A stretch of 64,000 nt of DNA from Gaiellaceae bacterium (GTDB lineage Bacteria; Actinomycetota; Thermoleophilia; Gaiellales; Gaiellaceae), in contig DASRGA010000062.1 of the NCBI GenBank assembly GCA_035651295.1, positions 721 to 64,720 of the forward strand. Direction: 5' to 3'. The notes beneath the pieces were generated by a model, which searched no databases, had not been told where the DNA came from, and worked only from the letters and a program-made list of their open reading frames with translations. A program made the translations under genes and the position numbers. Shown one piece after another: positions 1 to 8,273 of this stretch. Every line of letters begins with the position of its first letter. Position 1 is the first letter of the stretch.

Positions 1-657
1 CGGCTGCTCGCGGTGCTGGACGCGGCGTCGGTGACGGCGCTGCGCACCGGCGCGGCGGCGGTGCTCGCCGCCGAGGTGCTGGGGCGCCCGGACGCGGAGA
101 CGGCCGCGGTCGTCGGCGCCGGCGTGAACGGCCGCGCCGCCGCGCGCGCGTTCCTCGCCCGTGGCCGCCGGCCGCTCCTCTGGGACGTCGACGCCGCCCG
201 CGCCGCGGCTGCGGCGGAGGAGCTCGGCGCCGGGGTCGCCCCGTCGCTCGCGGCCGCGCTCGCCGCCGACCTGCTCGTGACGGTGACGCCGGGCCACGAG
301 GTGCTCCTGCGCGAGGGCACGCTGCGGCCGGGACAGCACGTGTCGCTGATGGGGGCCGACGGGCCGGGCAAAGCGGAAGCGGAGGACGCGGAGCTCCGCC
401 GCGCGCGCCTGTACTGCGACGACTGGGAGCAGGCGTCGCACGGCGGCGAGCTGGCGCACGCCGTCGAGGCGGGACTCGTCGCGCGCGGCGACGTGACCGA
501 GCTCGGCCGTGTGCTCGTCGGCGAGGCGGACGGGCGCCGCGGCGCGGACGAGATCACGCTGTTCGACTCGACCGGGCTTGCGATCCAGGATCTCGCGATC
601 GCGCTGGCGGCGCTCGAGGGCGCCGACCTCGAGTCGCTGCCGCGGCTCGAGCTGTAG
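1..657 (+). CDS. ornithine cyclodeaminase / mu-crystallin family protein, C-terminal part (5' end lies outside the window)
   Basis: Frame 1 is open from base 1. Contains the Rossmann motif VVGAGVNGRAAARAF plus LVTVTPG, SLMGADGPGKAE and a C-terminal ITLFDSTGLAIQDLA, all typical of the family. TAG stop at 655-657. Confidence 0.75.
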   Translation, partial: RLLAVLDAASVTALRTGAAAVLAAEVLGRPDAETAAVVGAGVNGRAAARAFLARGRRPLLWDVDAARAAAAAEELGAGVAPSLAAALAADLLVTVTPGHEVLLREGTLRPGQHVSLMGADGPGKAEAEDAELRRARLYCDDWEQASHGGELAHAVEAGLVARGDVTELGRVLVGEADGRRGADEITLFDSTGLAIQDLAIALAALEGADLESLPRLEL

Positions 658-1644
658 TCAGCGCTGCGGCCGGCACCGGTAGACGCCGTCGGCCCCGGCG
701 ACGAGGCCGAGCAGCTCGAGCTCGGCGAGCGCGGCGGCGAGCTCGCCCGCTGGCGCGCCCGTTCGCCGGACGAGCTCGTCGAAGGTCGCGGGGGCCTCCG
801 CCACGACCTCGCGCACGACCGAGAGCCAGTCGTCGAGCTCCGGCTCCGCCCGCGCGGCCGCCTCGACCCCGATCGCCGCGAGCACGTCCTCGACGCACGT
901 GGCCGGCGTCGCGCCGAGCCGCAGCAGCGCGTTGGTGCCGGCCGAGAGGCGCGACGTGATCTCGCCCGGCACGGCGAGCACCTCCCTGCCCTCCTCGAGC
1001 GCGAAGTCGGCGGTGATCAGCGCGCCGCTCCGCTCGCGCGCCTCGACGACGACGGTGGCGGCGCAGAGGCCTGCGACGATCCGGTTGCGGGCCGGGAACC
1101 GCCACGGCGCCGGCTCGACGCCGGGCGGGTACTCCGCCACGATCAGGCCCCGCCCGGCGACCGACGCGGCGAGCCCGGCGTGCGCGCGCGGGTAGTCGCG
1201 ATCGATCCCGCAGCCGAGCACCGCGACGGTGGCGCCCGCGTCGAGCGCGCCGCGGTGCGCGGCCCCGTCGACGCCGCGGGCGAGGCCAGAGACGACGACC
1301 ACGCCCGCCGCGGCGAGCTCGCGCCCGAACGCGAGCGCGACCGCCGTCCCGTACGCCGAGCAGGCGCGGGCGCCGACGACGGCGACGCACGGCCGCTCGA
1401 GCAGCTCCACCGGCGCCTCTCCGCGCAGGAAGAGCCCCGGCGGCGGGTCGTGGATCGAGCGCAGCCGTGCGGGAAACGAGGCGTCCGAGCGAGCGACGAA
1501 GCGCAGGCCCCGCTCGGCCAGCCGGCGGCGGTAGGCGGCCTCGTCGAAGCCGCGCCGGAACCGGTCGAAGCGCGGCGACCGGGGCTGGTCGAGCAGGTGC
1601 GCGCCCGTCTCGGCGGCGAAGACGGCGACGGCGAGGTCGCTCAT
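658..1644 (-). CDS. dprA: DNA processing protein DprA (Smf)
   Basis: C-terminal part of the fused 843-aa track ORF. The ATG at 1644 (MSDLAVAVF) overlaps the comM stop (ATGA). Motifs VVSGLARGVDGAAHRGAL, VAVLGCGID and RSGALITA, plus a C-terminal wHTH-like tail. Confidence 0.9.
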   Translation of the reverse strand: MSDLAVAVFAAETGAHLLDQPRSPRFDRFRRGFDEAAYRRRLAERGLRFVARSDASFPARLRSIHDPPPGLFLRGEAPVELLERPCVAVVGARACSAYGTAVALAFGRELAAAGVVVVSGLARGVDGAAHRGALDAGATVAVLGCGIDRDYPRAHAGLAASVAGRGLIVAEYPPGVEPAPWRFPARNRIVAGLCAATVVVEARERSGALITADFALEEGREVLAVPGEITSRLSAGTNALLRLGATPATCVEDVLAAIGVEAAARAEPELDDWLSVVREVVAEAPATFDELVRRTGAPAGELAAALAELELLGLVAGADGVYRCRPQR

Positions 1645-3107
1645 GCTGCGAGCTCCGCCGGGGTGCGGTAGGAGAGTGCCTCGGCGACGTGCTCGGGTGC
1701 GACCGACTCGCCGCCCGCGAGCGCGGCGATCGAGGCGGCGACGCGGGCGACGCGCGCCCGGCCGCGGCCCGACAGCGGCAGCCGCTCGACCGCGCGCGTG
1801 AGCAGCGCGTCCGCCGCGGGGACGCGCCGGGGCGGCGCCTCCCGCAGGCGGGCGCGGGCGGCGAGCACGCGGCGCCGCACCTCCGCCGAGGCCTCCGCGG
1901 GCGGCCCCGCCAGCTCGTCGCCGCGCGGCCTCGGCACGGCGACGACGAGGTCGAAGCGGTCGACGAGCGCCCGCGAGAGCTTCTCGCGGTACCGCTGCAC
2001 CCGCTCCGGGCTGCAGGCGCAGGAGCCCGCCGCGTCCCCGCGCCCGCCGCACGGGCAGAGGTTCATCGCGGCGACGAGCTGGAAGCGCGCGGGGAAGGCG
2101 GCCCGCGCGCCCACCCGCGCGACGAGGACGACGCCGTCCTCGAGCGGCTGGCGGAGCGCCTCGAGCGCCGGCCGCTGGAACTCGGGCAGCTCGTCGAGGA
2201 AGAGCACGCCGTGGTGCGCGAGGCTCGCCTCGCCCGGCCGCGGCGTCCCGGACCCGCCGCCGACGAGCGCGGCGACCGTGACCGAATGGTGGGGCGCCCG
2301 GAACGGCGGCACGCGCACGAGCCCCGCGCCCGGCGGGAGCACGCCCGCGACCGAGTGGATGCGCGTCACCTCGAGCGCGGCGTCGTCGCCGAGGAGCGGC
2401 AGGATGCCGGGCAGCCGTCGCGCGAGCATCGTCTTCCCGGTGCCGGGCGGCCCGGCGTAGAGGACGTTGTGGGCGCCGGCGGCGGCGATCTCGAGCGCCC
2501 GCCGCGCGCGCTCCTGCCCGCGGACGTCGGCGAGGTCGGGCGCCCCGGCGAGCGTCTCGAAGTCGTCGTCCGGCGGCGGCACGCCGGGCGGGTCGCGCTC
2601 GCCGCGCAGGTAGGAGACCACCTCGCCCAGGTGCACGGCGCCGACCGGCTCGACGCCTGCGAGCGAGACCTCGGGCGCCGACTCGGCCGCGCAGAGGAGG
2701 TGCGTGAGCCCGGAGCGCCGCGCCCCCTCCGCGGCGACGAGCGCCCCGGGGACGGGCCGCAGCCGGCCGTCGAGGCCGAGCTCGCCGAACGCCGCGTGGC
2801 CGTCGAGCGCGCCGGCCGGCACCTGGGAGGAGGCGGCCAGCACGGACAGGGCGATCGGCAGGTCGAAGCCCGAGCCCTCCTTGCGGAGCGTCGCCGGGGC
2901 GAGGTTGATCGTGACGCGGTGGTGGGCGGGCCACTCGAGCTCGGCGGCGGCGACGCTGGAGCGGACGCGCGCCTTCGCCTCCTGGCAGGCCCGGTCGGCG
3001 AGACCGACGATCGTGAAGGCCGACAGGCCCCGCTCGATGTGGGCCTCGACCTCGACCCGCCGGGGATCGAGGCCGACCAGCGCGTGCGTGACGGTGCGGG
3101 CGAGCAC
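1641..3107 (-). CDS. comM: Mg-chelatase-like ATPase ComM/YifB
   Basis: N-terminal Lon/S5-like domain (LPIALSVLAAS), Walker A GPPGTGKT, Walker B VLFLDELPEF and a Cys cluster CPCGGRGDAAGSCAC. Conserved neighbour of dprA. Confidence 0.9.
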   Translation of the reverse strand: MLARTVTHALVGLDPRRVEVEAHIERGLSAFTIVGLADRACQEAKARVRSSVAAAELEWPAHHRVTINLAPATLRKEGSGFDLPIALSVLAASSQVPAGALDGHAAFGELGLDGRLRPVPGALVAAEGARRSGLTHLLCAAESAPEVSLAGVEPVGAVHLGEVVSYLRGERDPPGVPPPDDDFETLAGAPDLADVRGQERARRALEIAAAGAHNVLYAGPPGTGKTMLARRLPGILPLLGDDAALEVTRIHSVAGVLPPGAGLVRVPPFRAPHHSVTVAALVGGGSGTPRPGEASLAHHGVLFLDELPEFQRPALEALRQPLEDGVVLVARVGARAAFPARFQLVAAMNLCPCGGRGDAAGSCACSPERVQRYREKLSRALVDRFDLVVAVPRPRGDELAGPPAEASAEVRRRVLAARARLREAPPRRVPAADALLTRAVERLPLSGRGRARVARVAASIAALAGGESVAPEHVAEALSYRTPAELAA

Positions 3108-3128
3108 GGTGCCACGCTAGGCGGGAAG

Positions 3129-3148
3129 CCGTCACGTGTCTGTGACGG
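3129..3148. promoter_or_regulatory. inverted repeat CCGTCAC-N6-GTGACGG just upstream of the comM start; candidate operator or RNA hairpin
   Basis: Perfect 7-nt arms read directly. Lies between the hairpin at 3171-3205 and the comM GTG at 3107. Same GTCAC/GTGAC theme as sites at 3995, 23474 and 63749. Confidence 0.3.
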
Positions 3149-3170
3149 GACCGTGCCGATGTGCGAACTT

Positions 3171-3205
3171 CTGCGGCCGGGCGCGCCACGCGCGCCCGGC
3201 CGCAG
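3171..3205 (-). terminator. strong GC hairpin (15-bp perfect stem, 5-nt loop) downstream of the SRPBCC gene; candidate intrinsic terminator
   Basis: CTGCGGCCGGGCGCG-CCACG-CGCGCCCGGCCGCAG. Sits 12 nt after the stop at 3217 on the minus strand. The T tract is weak (AAGTTCGC). Confidence 0.5.
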
Positions 3206-3216
3206 CTCCTTCGGCG

Positions 3217-3666
3217 TCAGCCTGCGAGCGGCTGTCCGGTCTCGAGCAGCGTCTTCAGCCCGCTGAGGACGAACATCCAGCCGGCGCCCGACACGCTCTC
3301 GGCGGTCTTCGGCGCGCCCTCGAGCCGGTCGTGGACGACGGTGAGGAGGCAGTAGCCGCCCTCCTTCGGCTCGATCTCCCAGGTGACCCGGCTCTCCTCC
3401 TCCGCGGCCAGCTCCGGGTCGTAGGCCGAGCGCCAGCCGTGCACGAGCCTGCGCGGCGGGTCGAACTCGAACGTGGCGGCCGAGCCCCAGTCGGAGTCGT
3501 CGGTGCCGATGACGGTGTGCAGCTTCGGCGTGTTCTCGACCCGGGCGCCGTGGAAGTAGCGCTCGGTGAACTCCGGCTTGCAGATCGCCTCCCAGATCTC
3601 CTCGGCGCCCGCCCTGATGTACACCTGGTAGACCTGCGTGCTCTGCGCGGTGATCGTGGTCATCAA
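3217..3666 (-). CDS. SRPBCC / AHSA1 (activator of Hsp90 ATPase-like) domain protein
   Basis: 149-aa ORF with the typical fold signature (YFHGARVE, LVHGWRS, TWEIEP..G..LLTVVH). Start is TTG at 3666 or ATG at 3663, overlapping the ArsR TGA. This is the usual partner of ArsR regulators. Confidence 0.8.
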   Translation of the reverse strand: MMTTITAQSTQVYQVYIRAGAEEIWEAICKPEFTERYFHGARVENTPKLHTVIGTDDSDWGSAATFEFDPPRRLVHGWRSAYDPELAAEEESRVTWEIEPKEGGYCLLTVVHDRLEGAPKTAESVSGAGWMFVLSGLKTLLETGQPLAG

Positions 3667-4010
3667 CGTCCCTCCAGTTGCGTCTTGAGCTCGGAGAGCG
3701 CGGACACCCGGCTCTCCGTGTACTTGTCGATCCAGCGGTCGTGGATGAGCCGGATCGGGACCGGGTTCAGGAAGTGATGCTTCTCCCGGCCCGAGCGGCG
3801 TGAGACGACGAGGCCGGCCTCCTCCAGCACCCGCAGGTGCTTCATGACGCCGAAGCGCGTCATCTCCACGTCCTCCTCCAGCTCGCTCAGCGTGCGGCCG
3901 TCACGCTCGAAGAGCCGGTCGAGGAGATGCCGCCGCGTCGGGTCGGCGAGCGCCTTGAACACCAGGTCGTCGTCCTCCACGCGCCGCAGAATACGTGACC
4001 ATAAGGTCAC
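3663..4010 (-). CDS. ArsR/SmtB family transcriptional regulator
   Basis: ALADPTRRHLLDRL followed by wHTH LSELEEDVEMTRFGVMKHLRVLEEAGLV. The first start is GTG at 4010; an alternative GTG at 3980 (MEDDDLVFKALADP) is equally plausible. Confidence 0.85.
   Translation of the reverse strand: MTLWSRILRRVEDDDLVFKALADPTRRHLLDRLFERDGRTLSELEEDVEMTRFGVMKHLRVLEEAGLVVSRRSGREKHHFLNPVPIRLIHDRWIDKYTESRVSALSELKTQLEGR
3995..4010. promoter_or_regulatory. 16-bp palindrome GTGACC-ATAA-GGTCAC at or just upstream of the ArsR start; candidate ArsR operator
   Basis: Perfect 6-4-6 inverted repeat. It is AT-rich relative to its surroundings and overlaps the GTG at 4010, or lies 15 nt upstream of the alternative GTG at 3980. 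Confidence 0.35.
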
Positions 4011-4020
4011 ATGTCAAGGG

Positions 4021-5136
4021 CTAGCCCGGACGGGCGACGAGGACGTCCTCGAAGTACTCGCCGGCGCGGCGGCCGGTGCGGCGGTTCACGTGCCGCGAGT
4101 AGCGGTGCTCGAGCGCGAGCCCCGCCCGGTCGAGGATCGCCGGATAGAGGTCGCGGCGGTCGTTGACCACGATCACGACCCGGCCCTGCGGCCGCAGGGC
4201 GCGCAGGCAGGCGGCGAGGACGCCGGAGATCCCGTCGACGTACTCGGCGAGCGCCGCCTTCGACGTGCCGCGCGCCGCCGCGCCGAGCTCGCGGGCGCGC
4301 CGGTCCTCCAGGCCGAGCAGCTCGTACGCGTAGCGGTGCTGCTCGTGGTAGTCGATCAGCCCCGGATACGGCGGCGAGGTGACGACGGCGTCGAACGGGC
4401 CCGGCAGCTCGAGCTCGCGGGCGTCGCCGTGCAGGACGGCGACCGGGCGCACCTGCCGCACGCGCGCGAACTCCTTCAGCCGGGCGAGCGTGTCGAGCGT
4501 GTAGCGGCGCACGAAGTGGCCGGCCCGCTCGACCGGCCGGCACTCGCGCCGGTGCTTGTGGCACCAGTAGGGCCCGTGCTGCGGCGCCTGCGGAAAGTCG
4601 AGGTCGAAGTGCGTCGTCAGGCGCGCGGAGCGCGCCGCGCGCGCGAGCACGACCCGCAGCACGTCGGCCTGCCCGCTGCCCTCGGCGAGCGAGCGGAACC
4701 TGAGCAGGTCGTCACGCGCCTGCGGCGCGAACCAGTCGCGCACGTAGGCCGTCGCCTCGCCCGCCTCCCCCTCCCCGCGCTCGAAGCGCGCGAGCACGTC
4801 GCGCAGCTCGTGCTCGAGCGCGAACGGGTTGTAGGCGCCGGTCTTGACGCGCATCAGCAGGCAGTTGAACGCGGCGATGTCGACGCCCGCGCTCGGGTGC
4901 CCCGACTCGAGCGCCTGCACGAGCGTCGTCCCCGAGCCCGCGAACGGGTCGAGGACGGCGCCGCCGGCCGGCACGTGGCGGCGGAAGAGCTCCTCGACGA
5001 GCTGCGGGATGTACTTGCCGAGGTACGGATGGAGGCGGTGGACGTGCTTCGTGCGCTCGCGCTCCGGCAGGTCGCGCTCCGACCAGGACAGGTCGAGGTC
5101 CAGGCCGGAGTAGAGCTGCTCCTGCGTGGCCGCCAC
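4021..5136 (-). CDS. site-specific DNA methyltransferase (N6-adenine/N4-cytosine type), orphan
   Basis: AdoMet motif I block HPYLGKYIPQLV..VLDPFAGSGTT near the N-terminus and catalytic TSPPY about 185 aa later. No adjacent restriction or specificity gene. Confidence 0.7.
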   Translation of the reverse strand: MAATQEQLYSGLDLDLSWSERDLPERERTKHVHRLHPYLGKYIPQLVEELFRRHVPAGGAVLDPFAGSGTTLVQALESGHPSAGVDIAAFNCLLMRVKTGAYNPFALEHELRDVLARFERGEGEAGEATAYVRDWFAPQARDDLLRFRSLAEGSGQADVLRVVLARAARSARLTTHFDLDFPQAPQHGPYWCHKHRRECRPVERAGHFVRRYTLDTLARLKEFARVRQVRPVAVLHGDARELELPGPFDAVVTSPPYPGLIDYHEQHRYAYELLGLEDRRARELGAAARGTSKAALAEYVDGISGVLAACLRALRPQGRVVIVVNDRRDLYPAILDRAGLALEHRYSRHVNRRTGRRAGEYFEDVLVARPG

Positions 5137-5149
5137 GCTCCACGGTTCG

Positions 5150-5506
5150 CTAGAAGGCGGCGGGAACCTGCTCGACGCGGCCGGCGCGCACGGCGACGAC
5201 GTCGAAGCGGATGTCGAGCGCCGCGTGCTCGGGATGCGCGGCGAGCCACGCCTCGGCGGCGCGGCGGATCCGCGCGACCTTCACCGGCGTCACCATCTCG
5301 AGCGGGTCGCCGTAGCCGTCCCCCGCCTTCGACTTCACCTCGACGAACGCGAGCACCCGGCCCCTGCGGACGACGAGGTCGAGCTCCGCGCCGGCGAGCC
5401 AGACGTTCGCGCCCAGCACCCGGTAGCCGCGCAGGCGGTACCAGCGCGCGGCGCGCGCCTCAGACGGATGCCGCCGCCGCGAGCTCGTCGTCGCTGAGAT
5501 ACGCAC
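5150..5506 (-). CDS. yraN: YraN family (UPF0102) PD-(D/E)xK endonuclease-like protein
   Basis: EARAARWYRLRGYRVLGANVW, ELDLVV and FVEVKSK. The start was chosen at the in-frame GTG at 5506 (47-nt overlap with rnhB). The only other start, at 5623, would overlap rnhB by 164 nt. Confidence 0.7.
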   Translation of the reverse strand: MRISATTSSRRRHPSEARAARWYRLRGYRVLGANVWLAGAELDLVVRRGRVLAFVEVKSKAGDGYGDPLEMVTPVKVARIRRAAEAWLAAHPEHAALDIRFDVVAVRAGRVEQVPAAF

Positions 5507-6155
5507 GCGCCCGCCACGAGCGGCGATGGATCTCGCACGGCCCTCGCTCGCGGACGACGCGCGTGTGCGCGGGCGTGATGTAGCCGACGTGCGACGCGAA
5601 CCCGTAGCCGGGGTAGAACGCATCCGCGGCGCGCATGTAGCGGTCGCGCGTCACCTTGGCGACGATCGAGGCGGCGGCGATCGCCGCGCTCTTGCAGTCG
5701 CCGTCGACGACCGCCCGGTGCGGCGGCGCGGCCGGGCCGAGCCTGAAGCCGTCGACGAGCGAGACGTCCGCCGGCTGGCACGCCCAGAGCGCCTCGCGGA
5801 GGCCGCGCAGGTTGCAGCGATGCAGGCCGTCGCGGTCGATCACCGCCGCCGGGAAGACACGGACCGAGACGCGCTCGGCGCAGGCGAGCACGGCCCGGTA
5901 GAGCTCCTCGCGGGTCTCGGCGTCGACCTGCTTCGAGTCGTTGAGCAGGGCCAGCGGCCGGACACGGTGGTCGTGCAGGGAGCCGTAGTCGAGCAGCACG
6001 CCGGCGACGACGAGCGGCCCCGCGAGCGGGCCGCGGCCCGCCTCGTCCGCCCCGGCGACGAGCCGCCCGCCGAGCCCGCGGTCGAACCGCAGCAGCTTCC
6101 GGCCGGTGCGCTTGCGAGGGGGCACGAGTCCGAGCGTAGCCGCGGCGGCGGCCAC
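5460..6155 (-). CDS. rnhB: ribonuclease HII
   Basis: GADEAGRGPLAGPLVVAGV, DSKQ and IVAKVTRD motifs. Confidence 0.9.
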   Translation of the reverse strand: MAAAAATLGLVPPRKRTGRKLLRFDRGLGGRLVAGADEAGRGPLAGPLVVAGVLLDYGSLHDHRVRPLALLNDSKQVDAETREELYRAVLACAERVSVRVFPAAVIDRDGLHRCNLRGLREALWACQPADVSLVDGFRLGPAAPPHRAVVDGDCKSAAIAAASIVAKVTRDRYMRAADAFYPGYGFASHVGYITPAHTRVVRERGPCEIHRRSWRARAYLSDDELAAAASV

Positions 6156-6185
6156 CGACTGTGCCGAAAGTGTGGAAAGAGCGGG

Positions 6186-6533
6186 TTAGTGCTGGCGCAG
6201 CTCGCGGACGCGAGCCTTCTTGCCGACCTTGCCGCGCAGGTAGTACAGCTTCGCGCGGTGCACGTCGCCGACCGCCTGCACCTCGATCCGGTCGATCTTC
6301 GGCGAGTGCAGCGGGAAGGTGCGCTCGACGCCGACCCCGAACGAGTTCTTGCGGACGGTAAACGTCTCGCGCGCCCCGGCGCCCTGCCGCTTGATCACGA
6401 TCCCCTCGAACACCTGGATGCGCGAGCGGGTGCCCTCGATGACGCGGAAGTGCACGCGCACGGTGTCGCCCGCCTTGAACCGCGGGACCTCGCGCAGCTG
6501 GCGGCGCTCGATGTCCTGGATGGTCGTGCTCAT
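6186..6533 (-). CDS. rplS: 50S ribosomal protein L19
   Basis: [29 protein letters not shown]..; ATG at 6533. The longer track ORF is an upstream artefact. Confidence 0.95.
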   Translation of the reverse strand: MSTTIQDIERRQLREVPRFKAGDTVRVHFRVIEGTRSRIQVFEGIVIKRQGAGARETFTVRKNSFGVGVERTFPLHSPKIDRIEVQAVGDVHRAKLYYLRGKVGKKARVRELRQH

Positions 6534-6580
6534 GGGAAGGAGGGCCCGGAGGCCGCGAGCATGGTAGCGGAACCCGGAGG

Positions 6581-7132
6581 CTAGTGGAACGAGATCCGGC
6601 TCGGCGGCCAGTAGGTGGCGAAGACGAGCCCGATCAGGTTGCGGCGCGGCACCGTCCCCCAGGCGCGGGAGTCGCAGGACGAGACCCGGTTGTCGCCCAT
6701 GAAGAAGTACCGGCCCTTCGGGATCCGCTGCGGCGGATAGGTCTTCGTGTCCCGGTGGTCGGCCTTGATGTACGGCTCGTTCAGCTTCTTGCCGTCGATG
6801 TAGACGTAGCCGTCGCGCTCCGACCACACGTCGCCGGGCAGGCCGATCAGGCGCTTGACGAACGTCCCGCCGGCGCCGCAGCGGACGGCGGCGAGCGGCG
6901 GCGTGTGGAAGACGATGATGTCGCCGCGCCTCGGCGACCAGAGGTGGTAGCAGAAGCGGCAGGCGAGCACCCGGTCGGAGAACGACGCCTCGCAGTCGGC
7001 CCCCGGCCGGGCGCAGTGCAGCGTCGGCTCCATCGAGCTCGACGGGATCCGGTAGGGGTTCACGACCCACGCCTTGATCGCCAGCACGATCGCGATCGCG
7101 CCGACGATCGTCACGAGCCAGTCGATCGTCAC
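6581..7132 (-). CDS. lepB: signal peptidase I
   Basis: N-terminal TM helix, catalytic Ser box SSSMEPTL, and [14 protein letters not shown]. Confidence 0.9.
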   Translation of the reverse strand: MTIDWLVTIVGAIAIVLAIKAWVVNPYRIPSSSMEPTLHCARPGADCEASFSDRVLACRFCYHLWSPRRGDIIVFHTPPLAAVRCGAGGTFVKRLIGLPGDVWSERDGYVYIDGKKLNEPYIKADHRDTKTYPPQRIPKGRYFFMGDNRVSSCDSRAWGTVPRRNLIGLVFATYWPPSRISFH

Positions 7133-7179
7133 GCGCCAGCCGCGCGGCAGGCCCTCGGTCAGGATGTCGATCGGGTTCC

Positions 7180-7821
7180 TCAGCGGATCTGCTCCCTTCG
7201 CCAGCGCTCGATTCGGGCGTGGTCACCCGAAAGCAGCACGTCGGGAACCCGCCAGCCGCGGAACTCCGCGGGACGCGTGTAGTGAGGGTACTCCAGGCCG
7301 CCGCCGAGCTCGGCCGAGAACGACTCGAGCTCGCCGGATCCCTCCGCGAGCGCGCCCGGCAACCGGCGCCCGATCGCGTCGACGAGCAGCATCGCCGGCA
7401 GGTCGCCGTTCGAGAGCACGTAGGGGCCGACGGAGATCGCGTCGGTGGCCAGGTGCTCGACGATCCGCTCGTCGAACCCCTCGAAGCGGGCGGAGAGGAG
7501 CGTGACGAGCGGCTCGGCGGCGAGCTCCTCGACGATCGCCTGCGTCAGCTGGCGGCCCTGCGGCGTGAGGGCGACGACCGGATGCGCGGGCTCGCCGCCG
7601 TAGACCGCGTCGAGCGCCGCCGCGACGACGTCGACCCGCAGCACCATCCCGGCCCCGCCGCCGTACGGCTCGTCGTCGACCTGGCCCGCGCGCAGCGGCG
7701 TGTAGTCGCGATAGGAGTGCAGGCGCAGGTCGAGCTCGCCGCCGAGCACCGCCGAGAGCGGCCGCTGCTCGGTCAGCCACGCGTACGCGTGCGGGACGAG
7801 CGTGAACACGTCGAGCTGCAT
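7180..7821 (-). CDS. trmD: tRNA (guanine37-N1)-methyltransferase
   Basis: [10 protein letters not shown].., [16 protein letters not shown] and PHYTRP. The ATG at 7821 overlaps the rimM stop. Confidence 0.95.
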   Translation of the reverse strand: MQLDVFTLVPHAYAWLTEQRPLSAVLGGELDLRLHSYRDYTPLRAGQVDDEPYGGGAGMVLRVDVVAAALDAVYGGEPAHPVVALTPQGRQLTQAIVEELAAEPLVTLLSARFEGFDERIVEHLATDAISVGPYVLSNGDLPAMLLVDAIGRRLPGALAEGSGELESFSAELGGGLEYPHYTRPAEFRGWRVPDVLLSGDHARIERWRREQIR

Positions 7822-8273
7822 CAGTCCGCGAACCCCGTGGCGACGACGATCCGGCCGCCGGCGACGTCGACCTGCCGCACGCAGTCCTCCACCATCGGCA
7901 GCAGCAGGTCGCCGCCGAGGTCGAGCACGTCGTTGGCCACCCCGGGCTCCACGGACTTGACCGTTCCGAGCACGCGGCCGCTCTCCTCCACCACCTCGAG
8001 CCCGACGAGCTCGAACGCGTACCACTCGTCCTCGCCGGTCGGCGGCAGCTGCTCGCGCTCGACCTCGAGCGCGGCGCCGCGCTCGACCGCCGGCTCCACC
8101 CGGATCACCGGCCGCCCGGACGAGCGGCGGTGCGCGACGACCTCGACCGGCGTCCCGTCGGCGAGGAACCGCGCGCCGGTCTTCCACCAGCGCTCGTCCT
8201 CCGACGGCTCCTCGACGAAGAACGCGCCGTCGATCCCGTGCGGGCGGCCGACGCGGCCGATGCGGATCCTCAC
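7821..8273 (-). CDS. rimM: 16S rRNA processing protein RimM
   Basis: IRIGRVGRPHGIDGAF at the N-terminus and a PRC barrel C-terminus. The GTG at 8273 overlaps the upstream stop (GTGA). Confidence 0.85.
   Translation of the reverse strand: MRIRIGRVGRPHGIDGAFFVEEPSEDERWWKTGARFLADGTPVEVVAHRRSSGRPVIRVEPAVERGAALEVEREQLPPTGEDEWYAFELVGLEVVEESGRVLGTVKSVEPGVANDVLDLGGDLLLPMVEDCVRQVDVAGGRIVVATGFAD

Noticed and set aside
658-3189. Track ORFs that fuse a real gene to hundreds of upstream codons (for example 658-3189, 6186-7226, 7180-8457, 28781-30259, 39609-42356, 46781-48808 and 52591-55233).
   Set aside because: The upstream parts overlap the preceding gene in another frame and read as Arg/Pro-rich nonsense. 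Family-typical N-termini and ATGA/GTGA coupling overlaps define the shorter starts used here.
5150-5506. YraN (PD-(D/E)xK fold) as the missing restriction endonuclease partner of the adjacent orphan methyltransferase.
   Set aside because: YraN is conserved next to rnhB in genomes without any methyltransferase, so conserved synteny explains its presence. There is no evidence for a restriction-modification pairing.
6534-6552. CCCTCCT (anti-SD-like) sequence directly upstream of the rplS ATG, and similarly upstream of metK (45315-45335), in place of a purine-rich SD.
   Set aside because: There are only two instances and no mechanism can be supported from sequence alone. This is probably just SD-less initiation plus GC/pyrimidine composition.
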